Shown here piece by piece: positions 1-9,878 of a stretch of 64,000 nt of DNA. Positions within the stretch are counted from its first letter, which is position 1. Each line of letters opens with the position of its first letter. Location: sequence record MN871451.1; one strand, 5' to 3'. A program made the position numbers and the translations under genes. The notes beneath the pieces were generated by a model. That model was not told the DNA's origin and searched no databases. It saw nothing but the letters and a program-made list of their open reading frames with translations.

Positions 1-12
1 TTTTTTTTTGGT

Positions 13-1299
13 TTAATTTTGGTAGTAGTTCATTGTCAGGGTACGCAGAATCAAATACAGAATAAACGATGTTCGTTCCGCAGAGACTGGCGTAGGTTCG
101 CGTTTACCGGTGGCTGCACGCACAATCTTATCGCCTTCGGTTCTGAGGTACATGACCTCCGGTTCTTTGTTACGGGAGGCGTTCAATACCGCTTTGATGC
201 TGCCGATTAACTCGACGAGGTTGCGTGGGTTGATTCCCTTACCGTGAATAAAGTCGAAAGTATATTCGAGCGTTCTTTCCGTAAACTCAACCAATTGACG
301 CGTTTCTTTACTCTGCTTAACTTCTTTCCCACGGTTGGTGTTAAATAACGTTTCCGGGTTAATGACATGCAAGCTGGTATATTGCAACGTGGCAATTAAC
401 GCTTTTTTCTGCGAAGGGGCATTCTTTGTCAGAATATCCACTAACTCCAAACGTATAAAACTAGCCGGGTCAGTCATTTGTTCAAAGAGGTAACGCCGGT
501 ATTTCGGGAAGGCACGTTTAACGTCTCGCAGCTCGAGGTTACCCTCGACCTCAACCATACTGGAGACCGAGATAACTCGACCATCGTTTTCTCTGACCTG
601 GTAATAGAGCGCCGTTAACGTTTTGATCACGGTTCGAATACGGGTCTGGATATCCGAGAGCATGTACTTGACAGCGTCGTCGTCAGTGAAGGTCTGGATC
701 GTTTTCGCGTGGATGCCGTGAGGCTCAATAATTGACTGTGCGCGGGCCGTAATGAGTTTGCCCCAAGTCTTGTAGATCTTGAGGTCGAAGCGGTTAGTCA
801 TGGCCTCATACGTCCGCAGTGCGATCTGTACGTCTGTTCCATGCGGGAAGTAACGGGTGATGATCCCGCAGATGAATTTAAAGTGGAGAATTCTTAACAG
901 GTTAATCGCGGTTTCTTTTCGTTGTACCGCCGAGAGTTTACCACTGGTCATCGCACGATGGACGCAGTAGACGATCATCAAGTTAAAGGCGTCCGTAGTC
1001 ACGATATGACTTGGATCGATGCAATCCAGTTCGTCGATGTCAGCTTTCAGGTCATCGGGGTCGATTTTTAAAATGTCATCAAAGAACCCGTTGGTTTCGG
1101 TGTTTGTCCAACGAATCCTGACGGTGCCGAGTAGACCGCTACCAAAGAAGTTTGCATGTTCGCCTTTGTTTTCGAAGGTCTTCGTGAAAACAGCGACATC
1201 CCTGGCAAAGCGACTATCGTAAACGACGTTCTTAAAACGATCGTCAAAAAGGTTTTTGATTTCCACAACAGTGTCCTTCAAAATTAGAATGGGTAACAT
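13..1299 (-). CDS. Conserved chimallivirus protein, probably virion structural
   Basis: 428 aa ORF on the minus strand; the FFGSGLLGTVRIRW segment resembles a conserved phiKZ-like virion protein family as I recall it (unverified). Confidence 0.45.
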   Translation of the reverse strand: MLPILILKDTVVEIKNLFDDRFKNVVYDSRFARDVAVFTKTFENKGEHANFFGSGLLGTVRIRWTNTETNGFFDDILKIDPDDLKADIDELDCIDPSHIVTTDAFNLMIVYCVHRAMTSGKLSAVQRKETAINLLRILHFKFICGIITRYFPHGTDVQIALRTYEAMTNRFDLKIYKTWGKLITARAQSIIEPHGIHAKTIQTFTDDDAVKYMLSDIQTRIRTVIKTLTALYYQVRENDGRVISVSSMVEVEGNLELRDVKRAFPKYRRYLFEQMTDPASFIRLELVDILTKNAPSQKKALIATLQYTSLHVINPETLFNTNRGKEVKQSKETRQLVEFTERTLEYTFDFIHGKGINPRNLVELIGSIKAVLNASRNKEPEVMYLRTEGDKIVRAATGKREPTPVSAERTSFILYLILRTLTMNYYQN

Positions 1300-1407
1300 A
1301 AAAACTTTCTAAGAGAATGAAATGCAGTTTTTTTGATGTATATATAGCCAAGGTGAAGAAGGAAAGGTAAAGACCTTTCTGAATAACTAAGCTTAGAGGA
1401 AAAGAAA

Positions 1408-2085
1408 ATGGCTGACTTAAAAACAACCGTAGAAACGGCTAAAGATATTCTGGCATGGTTTGACACTGTAAAGGACACGGAAATTTCCCGGATTGAAATT
1501 GCTTACCAGTTGATTCAGCGCGCAGAGGTGTTCTACAACCTACCGTTAACCGAAGTGTTTATAATGAATAGCGCAGTGAGAAGGATGCTAATTTCTGTAT
1601 CAACAACGCGAGGTTCTATTCGTGATTCAACACCATCTGGGGAAGAGTTAACCCTTATTGCGGCGTCTTCGATCATTGATGGATTGAAAGAAATTATTAC
1701 GCTTTCAGAAGAACCGTTTGAAGTAGTTCGTCTCGAAGATACTCCTCAGGTAGATATCTACGGCACACCCGATAATTCTAAAGTCGTTGTTTTTGAAGAC
1801 GCTGACACAATCAACGATAAAGATGTCGCAGCATTACTCCGACTTTCGGAGCAAACCACCAACCACTCTATGTTTTCTACGGAGCCAAGTAATGGTTATG
1901 GTATTTCTGGTAGTCCGGTCATTGGTCTTTATGCAAATAAAGGACCTAGCGCCCCTGGCTTTGTAGATTTTGATGGCGATGTAATAAAAGCATATCGTCT
2001 CACGCTGTCGAGCCCAATTAAACGTGGTCCGGGTAAAGGTCGTATTCGCGTTGTAAGTCGCTTCATTTCCGTTTTCAACCAATAG
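1408..2085 (+). CDS. Hypothetical protein
   Basis: 225 aa ORF with GAGGAAAAG RBS. Confidence 0.7.
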   Translation: MADLKTTVETAKDILAWFDTVKDTEISRIEIAYQLIQRAEVFYNLPLTEVFIMNSAVRRMLISVSTTRGSIRDSTPSGEELTLIAASSIIDGLKEIITLSEEPFEVVRLEDTPQVDIYGTPDNSKVVVFEDADTINDKDVAALLRLSEQTTNHSMFSTEPSNGYGISGSPVIGLYANKGPSAPGFVDFDGDVIKAYRLTLSSPIKRGPGKGRIRVVSRFISVFNQ

Positions 2086-2094
2086 AGGTTAAAC

Positions 2095-2415
2095 ATGCGC
2101 TTTTCAAAAATGAACTCCGTGGTCTTTCTCGAGAACGATATCGAATCAAACGACGTCCGCAGTATCGAGCTGATCTTTTCCCACGATGACGCCAACGCGC
2201 TGGGCGATCGCCTTCTCCTGCCCGGGGATTCGTACAACACCGTTGTATTAGTTCGTAAAGCAGACCATAGCGTCTACGAGGCGGCATTGAAGATACTGCA
2301 AACCTACGACGACTACATCTTCACGCTGACCAATCATTACGTCGAACCCGCGAGCATCGTTTGCTTCACTATCGATGCGGGCGTCTTCAAACGGTTAGTT
2401 AAAAACATTTCCTAA
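2095..2415 (+). CDS. Hypothetical protein
   Basis: 106 aa ORF with GAGG RBS, in operon. Confidence 0.65.
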   Translation: MRFSKMNSVVFLENDIESNDVRSIELIFSHDDANALGDRLLLPGDSYNTVVLVRKADHSVYEAALKILQTYDDYIFTLTNHYVEPASIVCFTIDAGVFKRLVKNIS

Positions 2416-2456
2416 GACATTCTTTTACCTCAACAATTCTACCGGAGTATCCAAAA

Positions 2457-2846
2457 ATGATCACTTTCACTGATAAACAAACCCTCGCTATCACCGCTGC
2501 TCGCATCGCCGGTTTACTGAGAGCGCTTTACCACGAAACTGAATTCGTCGATACTCCGGCACAGATTCTTTTCGAAACCGAATACTACCCGCTTTATGCG
2601 CAGCTGCAAGACATTGCCTTCGACCGTAAAGGTGATATCAAATGGCTGTTACTGAACGCCATTGAAAACACCAACGATAAATACCGTGACATCGAATGTT
2701 ACAAAACCGATCTGGGCTTTGGTATTCAGATTCGTAAAAACGTTCGCATCGAAGTTGCTTCTCGTCAGGAAGCATTGCGCCCAGGGAAAGAAGTTGGTTT
2801 CGATTTCCCTTCAGAAATTCGTATCAAAATGGCTGAAGCCGCTTAA
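2457..2846 (+). CDS. Hypothetical protein
   Basis: 129 aa ORF with GGAG RBS. Confidence 0.7.
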   Translation: MITFTDKQTLAITAARIAGLLRALYHETEFVDTPAQILFETEYYPLYAQLQDIAFDRKGDIKWLLLNAIENTNDKYRDIECYKTDLGFGIQIRKNVRIEVASRQEALRPGKEVGFDFPSEIRIKMAEAA

Positions 2847-2914
2847 TCCTATTTACACTTCCTTCGGTCGTTTGACCGAAGGACTATGCTAACTAAACCA
2901 ATAAGGAATTCAAA

Positions 2915-3280
2915 ATGAACTTTACTCAGAACGTTGCCAAACAATGGGACTCAGCGAAAGAAAAAGAAAATACTATTGTCCCTAAGATGGTTCTTAGTCG
3001 TCACTACGCCAAAAAGCTCCGGGCGACTATCGCCGCTGACCTTGAAGAAAATCAGGGCGAAGATATTCTGGTCCGTGTCATCGATATTGACGACGGTCTT
3101 CTTCAGATCTGGTTAGGCAATCGTCACTACTGGAAGCTAACTCGCAGTCAGGCGTTTCGTTTGATGTTACGTTGCGAAGCTTTCTTAGCGAAACGTCAAT
3201 CTGATCGACTGGTGATGTCTTTTAACCAAGTGCGTTTTTCTCAAATTCAGCTGATGGCGGTAAATAAAAATGGCCGTTGA
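2915..3280 (+). CDS. Hypothetical protein, paralog of 3270..3635
   Basis: 121 aa; shares W(K/D)LTRxQAxxL...LAKR motif with the next ORF. Confidence 0.7.
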   Translation: MNFTQNVAKQWDSAKEKENTIVPKMVLSRHYAKKLRATIAADLEENQGEDILVRVIDIDDGLLQIWLGNRHYWKLTRSQAFRLMLRCEAFLAKRQSDRLVMSFNQVRFSQIQLMAVNKNGR

Positions 3281-3635
3281 GATTCAAGTTTACGGGTATC
3301 GAGATATGGTTATCGAGCCCCGTGAAATGAAAGCGCTCTATAACGCGCTGAATGACAAGCTAACCGACTCTATCAAAACCCCTGGTCATTTACTGACGTT
3401 GGAATTACCGACGCTGAGAGAGCGTCTCATCGCTTCTGAGAACAATATCATCCGTATCTCCACGGGCGCTTACTGGGGGTTCTGGAAATGTGTCACGCGC
3501 AAAGAGATTGTCTGGGACTTAACCCGGCTACAAGCAATCAAACTGCGGGCGGTGCTGGAACGTGCGTTGGCGAAACGAAAACGGAGCCGTATTACTGTCA
3601 GTAAACGGTTTCTCGAGATCGTTCCGATCAGCTGA
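3270..3635 (+). CDS. Hypothetical protein, paralog of 2915..3280
   Basis: 121 aa; WDLTRLQAIKL...LAKRKR; overlaps previous stop. Confidence 0.7.
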   Translation: MAVEIQVYGYRDMVIEPREMKALYNALNDKLTDSIKTPGHLLTLELPTLRERLIASENNIIRISTGAYWGFWKCVTRKEIVWDLTRLQAIKLRAVLERALAKRKRSRITVSKRFLEIVPIS

Positions 3636-3668
3636 AAAGAGAGGGGTTCGCCCCTTTCTTTTTTTTTG
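3636..3668 (+). terminator. Intrinsic terminator
   Basis: GAGAGGGG-TTCG-CCCCTTTC hairpin followed by a T run. Confidence 0.85.
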
Positions 3669-3688
3669 TTTCAAATTGAATTAAAAAC

Positions 3689-3704
3689 TATATCACGTTA
3701 TTGA
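3689..3704 (+). promoter_or_regulatory. Putative early (virion RNAP) promoter
   Basis: TATATCAC-GT-TATTGA, matching the recurring TATATYAC-NN-TATTGA motif; phiKZ early promoters contain TATATTAC. Confidence 0.65.
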
Positions 3705-3729
3705 ATGTACTAACTAGAGGAGTATTACC

Positions 3730-4137
3730 ATGGCCATTCGCCACTATGACGTTGCGGAACGTTTCCTTCGCTCTTTTGGATTCAGTGATGACTATATCGA
3801 TCGGTTAATCCCTTCTGAGAAAAATCCAGAGATTTCTGACAATGAACTCTTTGAACGTCTCTCTCGTTACTTAGAATCCCCGAAACGCCGTCCGCTGCTC
3901 TTACGCATTAAAGTCTTACGGACGTTTGACGAACTGACGGAACCCGAGCAACGCCTACTGAAACGTTTTATGAAAAACCCGATGTTGTTCTGGTTAGGAG
4001 ATCGTTTCGGTTTACGAGTGGATCGGTCATTGAAAGAGATTCGTCTCTTTAAGGAACAAATGGAACGGAACGATTTCAAACTTCCCGATTCGATGGTCAG
4101 TGAGATTTTGAAGGTAATCGCGTTGTACAAAAGTTGA
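3730..4137 (+). CDS. Hypothetical protein
   Basis: 135 aa ORF with GAGGAG RBS downstream of the early promoter motif. Confidence 0.75.
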   Translation: MAIRHYDVAERFLRSFGFSDDYIDRLIPSEKNPEISDNELFERLSRYLESPKRRPLLLRIKVLRTFDELTEPEQRLLKRFMKNPMLFWLGDRFGLRVDRSLKEIRLFKEQMERNDFKLPDSMVSEILKVIALYKS

Positions 4138-4212
4138 TTCATCGAAAAATAAATTTATTTATATTTATCTGTTGACCTTCGCACGGCGAAGCCTGTGCGT
4201 TAATTAGACCGT

Positions 4213-4259
4213 AGGTCCATCCTTAGAGTTATGACTCTAAAAGTCATAACGGTTAAGTA
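4213..4259. repeat. Structured intergenic element, copy 1 (second copy at 43993..44040)
   Basis: AGGTCCATCCTTAGAG-[hairpin GTTATGAC/GTCATAAC]-CGGTTAAGTA; same flanks and spacing as copy 2. Confidence 0.55.
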
Positions 4260-4336
4260 GTTGACCTTGACTTCGATTTGCAAAGTCACGTTACCTTCTC
4301 TTGATTTGTTAGACTAACCTTAATACGGAAAAGAAA

Positions 4337-4984
4337 ATGAGTAAACCAGAACTTAAAATCTTCCAGACCGGTAACTTCACGTTGGATAACGCTACGGAAA
4401 CTTTGACCCTGACCGTTCCAATCAGTGCGGAAGAAACTCAAAACTTCGAGAACGTGCCACACCCAGGGAGCAAGTTATTGGACGAACCCGTTGTCTTCAG
4501 TAGTGTTATCGGTCAGTACGGTAGCGCAACCGCTATTGAGGAACTGAATGCAGCGGTAGGAGAGGATCACAAAGATCTCTTCTGGGTACTCTTTGAACTC
4601 TGTGCGACTTTCCCAACAGTGCAGCAGATTGCTCTTGATCTCACTCGCCCGGATATTCCTGCGGTGATGTTGAAGGTGAAAGAAGGCGTGCACAAATACG
4701 CATGGTGGCATCGAGGAACAACACACATCTTCGTGGCGGCAGAAGTATTGTCATTGCCTGTCGATAACGTCGAGGGGAACAGTATACCGTTTAATCCGGG
4801 TGAGCTGCTGTACGCATTCAGTGTCGTCGCGGAACATATCCGACTCGGTACTACGCGTTTTGTTATTGGTAATCTGGTTGACCGTGAACGCGTCTATATC
4901 AGCTTCTTTGATCACGAGATTGTCGATTTCCGGACGAATCTTGATTTCCCTTTGATGAAAGAGCGGGTGATTTCGGTACAATAG
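4337..4984 (+). CDS. Hypothetical protein
   Basis: 215 aa ORF with GGAAAAG RBS. Confidence 0.7.
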   Translation: MSKPELKIFQTGNFTLDNATETLTLTVPISAEETQNFENVPHPGSKLLDEPVVFSSVIGQYGSATAIEELNAAVGEDHKDLFWVLFELCATFPTVQQIALDLTRPDIPAVMLKVKEGVHKYAWWHRGTTHIFVAAEVLSLPVDNVEGNSIPFNPGELLYAFSVVAEHIRLGTTRFVIGNLVDRERVYISFFDHEIVDFRTNLDFPLMKERVISVQ

Positions 4985-5080
4985 TTCGCCTTTCTATAGT
5001 CAGGGTATGCCCGGTTACGTTGAGATACGTAACCAAGGGTTACCTTGGCTTTCTTTTGATTTGAATAGGAAATATGAGAA

Positions 5081-5761
5081 ATGCCAAACTATTTCTGGGC
5101 GCTTGTCCTTTGCCTGGTAAGCATTATTGCTACCCCAGCAACCGCATCTGTCTCGACTAATAGCGTAGGCTTTGCAAAGCATAGCGATACCTTATATCGA
5201 GTATCTCAAAAAACCGACGTTAAAATGATTGACTTGGTTACCATGGCTTCCATTGAAAGTACGATGGGCGCCGGTATGCACAATAAACACTCTTCAGCAA
5301 AAGGACTATTTGGTTTTACAGATCGAACGTGGCGAGCCACGGTAAAGAAGTACGGTAAACAGTACGGGGTCAAACCCGGAACCAGTGTAAAAAACTCACG
5401 TGCGAACACGCTTATGGCGGTAGCGTACATGAAGGAGAACAAAGAGTTTTTAGAGCGTTCACTCCAGCGTCAGGTCGGGATCAATGAAATCTACATGGCC
5501 CATCTGTTAGGACCCGGCGGTGCAGTGAAAATATTGAAGGCACGAAATGATCGGTTAGCGGTAAGGGTGGCAGGAGGCGCAGCAGGTAATCGCGCGTACT
5601 TCTACACTGATAAAGGTAAACCCCGCACAGTTGCCGGATTCAAGCAATACGTCAACTCCGTCGTTTCAAATCACCGCAAGGCGTATAAACAGGAAGTCAC
5701 GCTTTACGCGTTTCAGAACCAGTTACCTATAGCCCTTGCAGATAACCATTCACCTCGCTGA
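5081..5761 (+). CDS. SLT-type lytic transglycosylase with N-terminal signal peptide
   Basis: Hydrophobic leader ending ATPATA; catalytic Glu in ASIES; GLFGF...TW; YMAHLLGPGGA as in phiKZ gp144-like catalytic domains. Confidence 0.75.
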   Translation: MPNYFWALVLCLVSIIATPATASVSTNSVGFAKHSDTLYRVSQKTDVKMIDLVTMASIESTMGAGMHNKHSSAKGLFGFTDRTWRATVKKYGKQYGVKPGTSVKNSRANTLMAVAYMKENKEFLERSLQRQVGINEIYMAHLLGPGGAVKILKARNDRLAVRVAGGAAGNRAYFYTDKGKPRTVAGFKQYVNSVVSNHRKAYKQEVTLYAFQNQLPIALADNHSPR

Positions 5762-5826
5762 ATAAAATACTCCCCTCTAGAGACGTTTCCGTCTCTAGAG
5801 GTTCTATAATCGTTAAGAGGGTTTTT

Positions 5827-6171
5827 TTGATGAAATTGCCTATGAGTATAATTAAAACTACACCTTGTGTTAAATTTTATCGCAATGAAAAAAGAATCAT
5901 CGCTACCTTTTCCCGGGCGGTTCGTAGAAGTTGTCGAATACCTGACGTCAAGGTAGAAATTGGAACCCTGGAAAATAAAGAAATGTTTCGATTCCGGTTT
6001 CTTCCTTTAGAGAGTAACGTGGGAAGACGCGTCCGTGCCAACGAGACATCATGGCCTGTTAAATACGTTTTTGATAAGGAATGGATTCCATTGGAAGGCG
6101 GAAGTCGGATCGTTGTCACGTTGGCGCCGGATGGATGGTGGTACGGAAATTACACCGACAGGATCGAATAA
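5827..6171 (+). CDS. Hypothetical protein
   Basis: 114 aa ORF; start uncertain. Confidence 0.55.
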   Translation: MMKLPMSIIKTTPCVKFYRNEKRIIATFSRAVRRSCRIPDVKVEIGTLENKEMFRFRFLPLESNVGRRVRANETSWPVKYVFDKEWIPLEGGSRIVVTLAPDGWWYGNYTDRIE

Positions 6172-6172
6172 G

Positions 6173-6691
6173 ATGACGACAAGTGAATACCTGCATTTGT
6201 TGAGGAAAGTCTACAAGGAGTTCTTTCTGACTAACAACCTAAATCTCGGTCAACATTGTTGGGACTGGGGGATAGTGCGGGCGAAAGAAATCGGTTTTGT
6301 TCCAGGCGATGATTTTGATATCTGGTTATACGGTTCAGCGGATCAAGGCCCTGGCGAAGTCTATTCAGGGTGTTGCTTAGCCATCAGTGATTTAGGTAAA
6401 GAACTGTGTACCGATCACCCGGAAGAATTTTTATTTTATTACCAAGAGATTTCTTACGACGACAATACGCCGACTGATTTTTGTTTTGGTCATTCGTTAT
6501 TGAAAGTAGGGGATTATTATTACGATCTTTTATACCCTGATGGGTTATTAGATTATCGGGATCATTTCCTTTGGCAAGAAGACGAGGAGAATCGGTTTTA
6601 CCTTCTCAGTCCTTCGGAAGCCCCAGAACAAATCGGTTACCAACCAGAAGCTTTCAAACTTTTTAAAGGATTACTCAGTGATTACATTTGA
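6173..6691 (+). CDS. Hypothetical protein, possible papain/transglutaminase-like Cys-His-Asp fold
   Basis: YSGCC, GHSLLKVGDYYYD; start moved to ATG 6173 right after the upstream stop. Confidence 0.5.
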   Translation: MTTSEYLHLLRKVYKEFFLTNNLNLGQHCWDWGIVRAKEIGFVPGDDFDIWLYGSADQGPGEVYSGCCLAISDLGKELCTDHPEEFLFYYQEISYDDNTPTDFCFGHSLLKVGDYYYDLLYPDGLLDYRDHFLWQEDEENRFYLLSPSEAPEQIGYQPEAFKLFKGLLSDYI

Positions 6692-7130
6692 ACTAACAGG
6701 CTGCGCCGGTCTACAAGAGCGCCGTGAAGACGGGATGGTTGCGACTATCCATCACGGAAACCTGCTCTTGGCAAAGGACGGTAAACTGATCGCGGAACTC
6801 TCGGCAGAGAATTACCGGGAAGTCAAAGGTCAAGTCACTAAAATGGAGATCTACAAGCTCTACAGTGATCTTCAAAATAAAGTGATGTGCCGCACCTACC
6901 GTATTGTTTCTCGCCACCCTGTCGCGTATGATGACAGAAAATTCGAGTATGAATATCGTTGGCTGGAAGACAAGAAAGAAGACGTGGGCTACCTTACACT
7001 CGAGTTCAATACGGGAACGGTCGCAGAAGGACTGCGTAAAAAGCGGATTACTTCGCCCACTAACCGTGACGACCTGAACGATAAGATTCTTCGTTTGGTG
7101 TTAGAGAACGCGTTAATCGCTGGTCAATAA
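6678..7130 (+). CDS. Hypothetical protein
   Basis: 150 aa ORF overlapping the previous stop. Confidence 0.65.
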   Translation: MITFELTGCAGLQERREDGMVATIHHGNLLLAKDGKLIAELSAENYREVKGQVTKMEIYKLYSDLQNKVMCRTYRIVSRHPVAYDDRKFEYEYRWLEDKKEDVGYLTLEFNTGTVAEGLRKKRITSPTNRDDLNDKILRLVLENALIAGQ

Positions 7131-7164
7131 CCGTACCGCCACGCCAGTAAATAAGGAGCGAGTA

Positions 7165-7719
7165 ATGTACTATAATTTTGATCTGGGCAAAATTAGAGCG
7201 AAGAGTTACGTGACACAAGGGAACGTCATCCATGAATTACGACACTACGGCTCGTTAGTGACGTCGTTTAAAACGAAAGAGGCGAAAACTGATATTCAGA
7301 ACATCGTCAAAGAACACTACAGTACGCTGGTACTTAAATACGCGCTGAAAGAACCGAACAAACGATTCCCAGTTACCCAGTTGGGGGTTGACATAGCAGA
7401 CCTCTATCTTTCCATGACCGGTGACGACATCAATCGTCTCGCGTCAGAAGGAGGGTATTGCCTTAACGTTCGCGGGTTCACCGAGCAGTGGGACATTCTC
7501 ACCGAGAAACATCCGTTACCGTTAAGAGCGATCAACGCAGGGTTACGGTTAGAGCTTGGTAAAGTTTTTCTCTACGCAACGTTCGAAAGTCAGTTCGGAC
7601 AGATCAGGCTGAAGGAACAACTCCCGCCTGGATTAGATATCCAACTGAAGGCTGCGGTGCTCGCTAAATACATTAAAGAGTTGAATTCTTTCCAACGTCT
7701 TTTGGCCGGGTTTTCATAA
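7165..7719 (+). CDS. Hypothetical protein
   Basis: 184 aa ORF with AAGGAG RBS. Confidence 0.7.
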   Translation: MYYNFDLGKIRAKSYVTQGNVIHELRHYGSLVTSFKTKEAKTDIQNIVKEHYSTLVLKYALKEPNKRFPVTQLGVDIADLYLSMTGDDINRLASEGGYCLNVRGFTEQWDILTEKHPLPLRAINAGLRLELGKVFLYATFESQFGQIRLKEQLPPGLDIQLKAAVLAKYIKELNSFQRLLAGFS

Positions 7720-7756
7720 TTTATTCCTCTTGCTATTTATAGTGCATCTGTCACGA

Positions 7757-7792
7757 AAGAAGGTGTTTTCACACCTTCTTTTTTTATTTTTT
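7757..7792 (+). terminator. Intrinsic terminator
   Basis: AGAAGGTG-TTTTCA-CACCTTCT hairpin followed by a T run. Confidence 0.8.
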
Positions 7793-7892
7793 CTGTTTCT
7801 TTTTTGGCCTTCGGACGTTACTTATGCAAGGTAGGCGAAATGACCAGTGGTTCCCTACCGTCCAAATTAACTACAGAATAACGAGCTTCTTC

Positions 7893-8510
7893 ATGGGTAA
7901 TAAAAAGAGTAACGAAAATGAAGTAGCCATTTTCTTTAAGGTCGATGAGGCGAGTTTCCGAAGACTAAAAGAAAGTACAGGCGACTATTACCAAATAACG
8001 CAATCAGAAACGAATGCGTTAACAACAAACAATACCCGCATTACCGTTCGGGTTAGACGAACTGAAGTTTTCTCCGAAAGCAAAGACGTTGCTGGTCAAG
8101 TGGTTTATGAAGCGGCGACGAAGTATCGTTTACCTTACGATGCTAAAACTCAGACATCTCGGTGCATTGAACTTGAAAAGGTCATTACACCAGAAGAGTA
8201 TGAAATGGCATTACCGTTCGGCGAACGTCTTTACCAAAAAAGACGCTCACTGATTGATCTGGGTAACGGGATAATTGGGGAACTGGACTGGTACTTCGAT
8301 AAAGAAGAGAATGACTTTGGCCGCTATTGTAAACTCGACATCAATACACCACCAGAGGGATTCACTACCGGACAGATTACGGCGCTGTTGAAAAAACTCC
8401 CTGATCTCGGGATTGTCATTTCTGAACTGATCAACCCGCCATGGATCGCCAGTCCGCGAATCAAAGATCGCATTAGCGAATTAATGGAAAAACGTTGGAA
8501 TTTACTCTAA
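7893..8510 (+). CDS. CYTH-like (triphosphate tunnel metalloenzyme) protein
   Basis: N-terminal ENE motif, then RVRR, TK, ELE, KRR and ELDWY, in CYTH order; start set at ATG 7893. Confidence 0.55.
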   Translation: MGNKKSNENEVAIFFKVDEASFRRLKESTGDYYQITQSETNALTTNNTRITVRVRRTEVFSESKDVAGQVVYEAATKYRLPYDAKTQTSRCIELEKVITPEEYEMALPFGERLYQKRRSLIDLGNGIIGELDWYFDKEENDFGRYCKLDINTPPEGFTTGQITALLKKLPDLGIVISELINPPWIASPRIKDRISELMEKRWNLL

Positions 8511-8540
8511 TAAATACACACTGGCCACGGGAGGCGTTGA

Positions 8541-9002
8541 ATGAGTACTACAGTTCGTTTTACCGATGGCCATCTTCTTGATCTCACTTTAATGAACGAC
8601 ACGGATTGTCTTTTAACCCTTTCGCTTTCCTCGAAGACAATTCGACATAGCGTGGTAGTTGCCATTGACGGAACACTCGTTGTTTACCGTATTCTCAGGA
8701 AGAGTAAAGAAGCTGGTCCGATTAGAAGCCTGTTAAATCAGGTAGAAGAGAACCTTTCTTCGCATTATCATTTCGAGATGAAAGGGTTAGTCTGGGGGCA
8801 GCCTGCAATCACCCGGATCAAAGGGCGATGGTGGTGGCTCTTAAACGAAATCCCAATCATTGATGAGTTGGGTAACTTATCTGCTTTATTCCAGGAAATT
8901 TTAGACAAGTATAACATTGTTGTTACCGATAAGACGCAGTTGCTCCAATATTTTAATAGCGTTAGAAATACGGCTGTGTTTAAAAGATTAGAAACAAACT
9001 GA
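8541..9002 (+). CDS. Hypothetical protein
   Basis: 153 aa ORF with GGGAGG RBS. Confidence 0.65.
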   Translation: MSTTVRFTDGHLLDLTLMNDTDCLLTLSLSSKTIRHSVVVAIDGTLVVYRILRKSKEAGPIRSLLNQVEENLSSHYHFEMKGLVWGQPAITRIKGRWWWLLNEIPIIDELGNLSALFQEILDKYNIVVTDKTQLLQYFNSVRNTAVFKRLETN

Positions 9003-9022
9003 GTTTATACCTGGGGGTAGGA

Positions 9023-9844
9023 ATGGAGACGGTAGTTGAAAATGCAGTGGGCTTGTCTACATCAGAGAAATCGAAGGGTACTGTCAGTATACATCCGCTT
9101 CCTAAAAAGAGTGACATCGGTATTGGGACGATTCTCGTCACGATGACGTTCCCTACCGGTGGTCACACGGTTTGGGCGATATCGTTTACCGGCGTCCCTG
9201 AAACCGAGACACCTTCGCTATCGTTACTAGAAGTTTCTTTGTTGCTGTCGGATGTCGATGCGATACCGGACGACGCGGTAGTCGCTGCAGTGTTCCAGAT
9301 AAAGGAACTTAACGAAGGCTCACCGTTCCCTTACGTCAATGGTGGAGTGTACGCCAGGCCCACCTTTGACGCTGACGGTATTTTAGATTTCTACGAACTG
9401 ATGGCGAAGAACAATGAAGATTATTTCATCTTTTGGAATATCGAAGAAGGTTTTGAAATAAAGGACAGCAAGACCAGCAAAACTTTGTTGGTCTATCAAT
9501 ACGCTGACCAGAATAACCCGCACTTCATTGGTAAAGATGCGCTCTTACTCATCGAAGAGAGAACCAACGCCAGAATCCTGTTCTCTGTCTTTCAGGGAGA
9601 AACGTGGCAGGAATCAGAATGGAACTACGTTATCGGTTCCATGCTTGCGATGTGCTACGGGACGGTCGAAGGTTATACGTTTGCCAGCGGAAAAACCGAG
9701 ATTGAAGAAACCGTTTACAGCGATCGATTAATGGGCGCAGTGAACGAGGTCAACTTTTACCGCCTTGCTATCTCCGATAAAGAAAACGAAGGGGTCACTG
9801 CGATTGATCTCGACGCTAGTTGCGTCGTATTACGACTACACTAA
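9023..9844 (+). CDS. Hypothetical protein
   Basis: 273 aa acidic ORF. Confidence 0.7.
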   Translation: METVVENAVGLSTSEKSKGTVSIHPLPKKSDIGIGTILVTMTFPTGGHTVWAISFTGVPETETPSLSLLEVSLLLSDVDAIPDDAVVAAVFQIKELNEGSPFPYVNGGVYARPTFDADGILDFYELMAKNNEDYFIFWNIEEGFEIKDSKTSKTLLVYQYADQNNPHFIGKDALLLIEERTNARILFSVFQGETWQESEWNYVIGSMLAMCYGTVEGYTFASGKTEIEETVYSDRLMGAVNEVNFYRLAISDKENEGVTAIDLDASCVVLRLH

Positions 9845-9878
9845 ACATAGAGGTAGGAGGGTTTACCCCTCCTACCCG

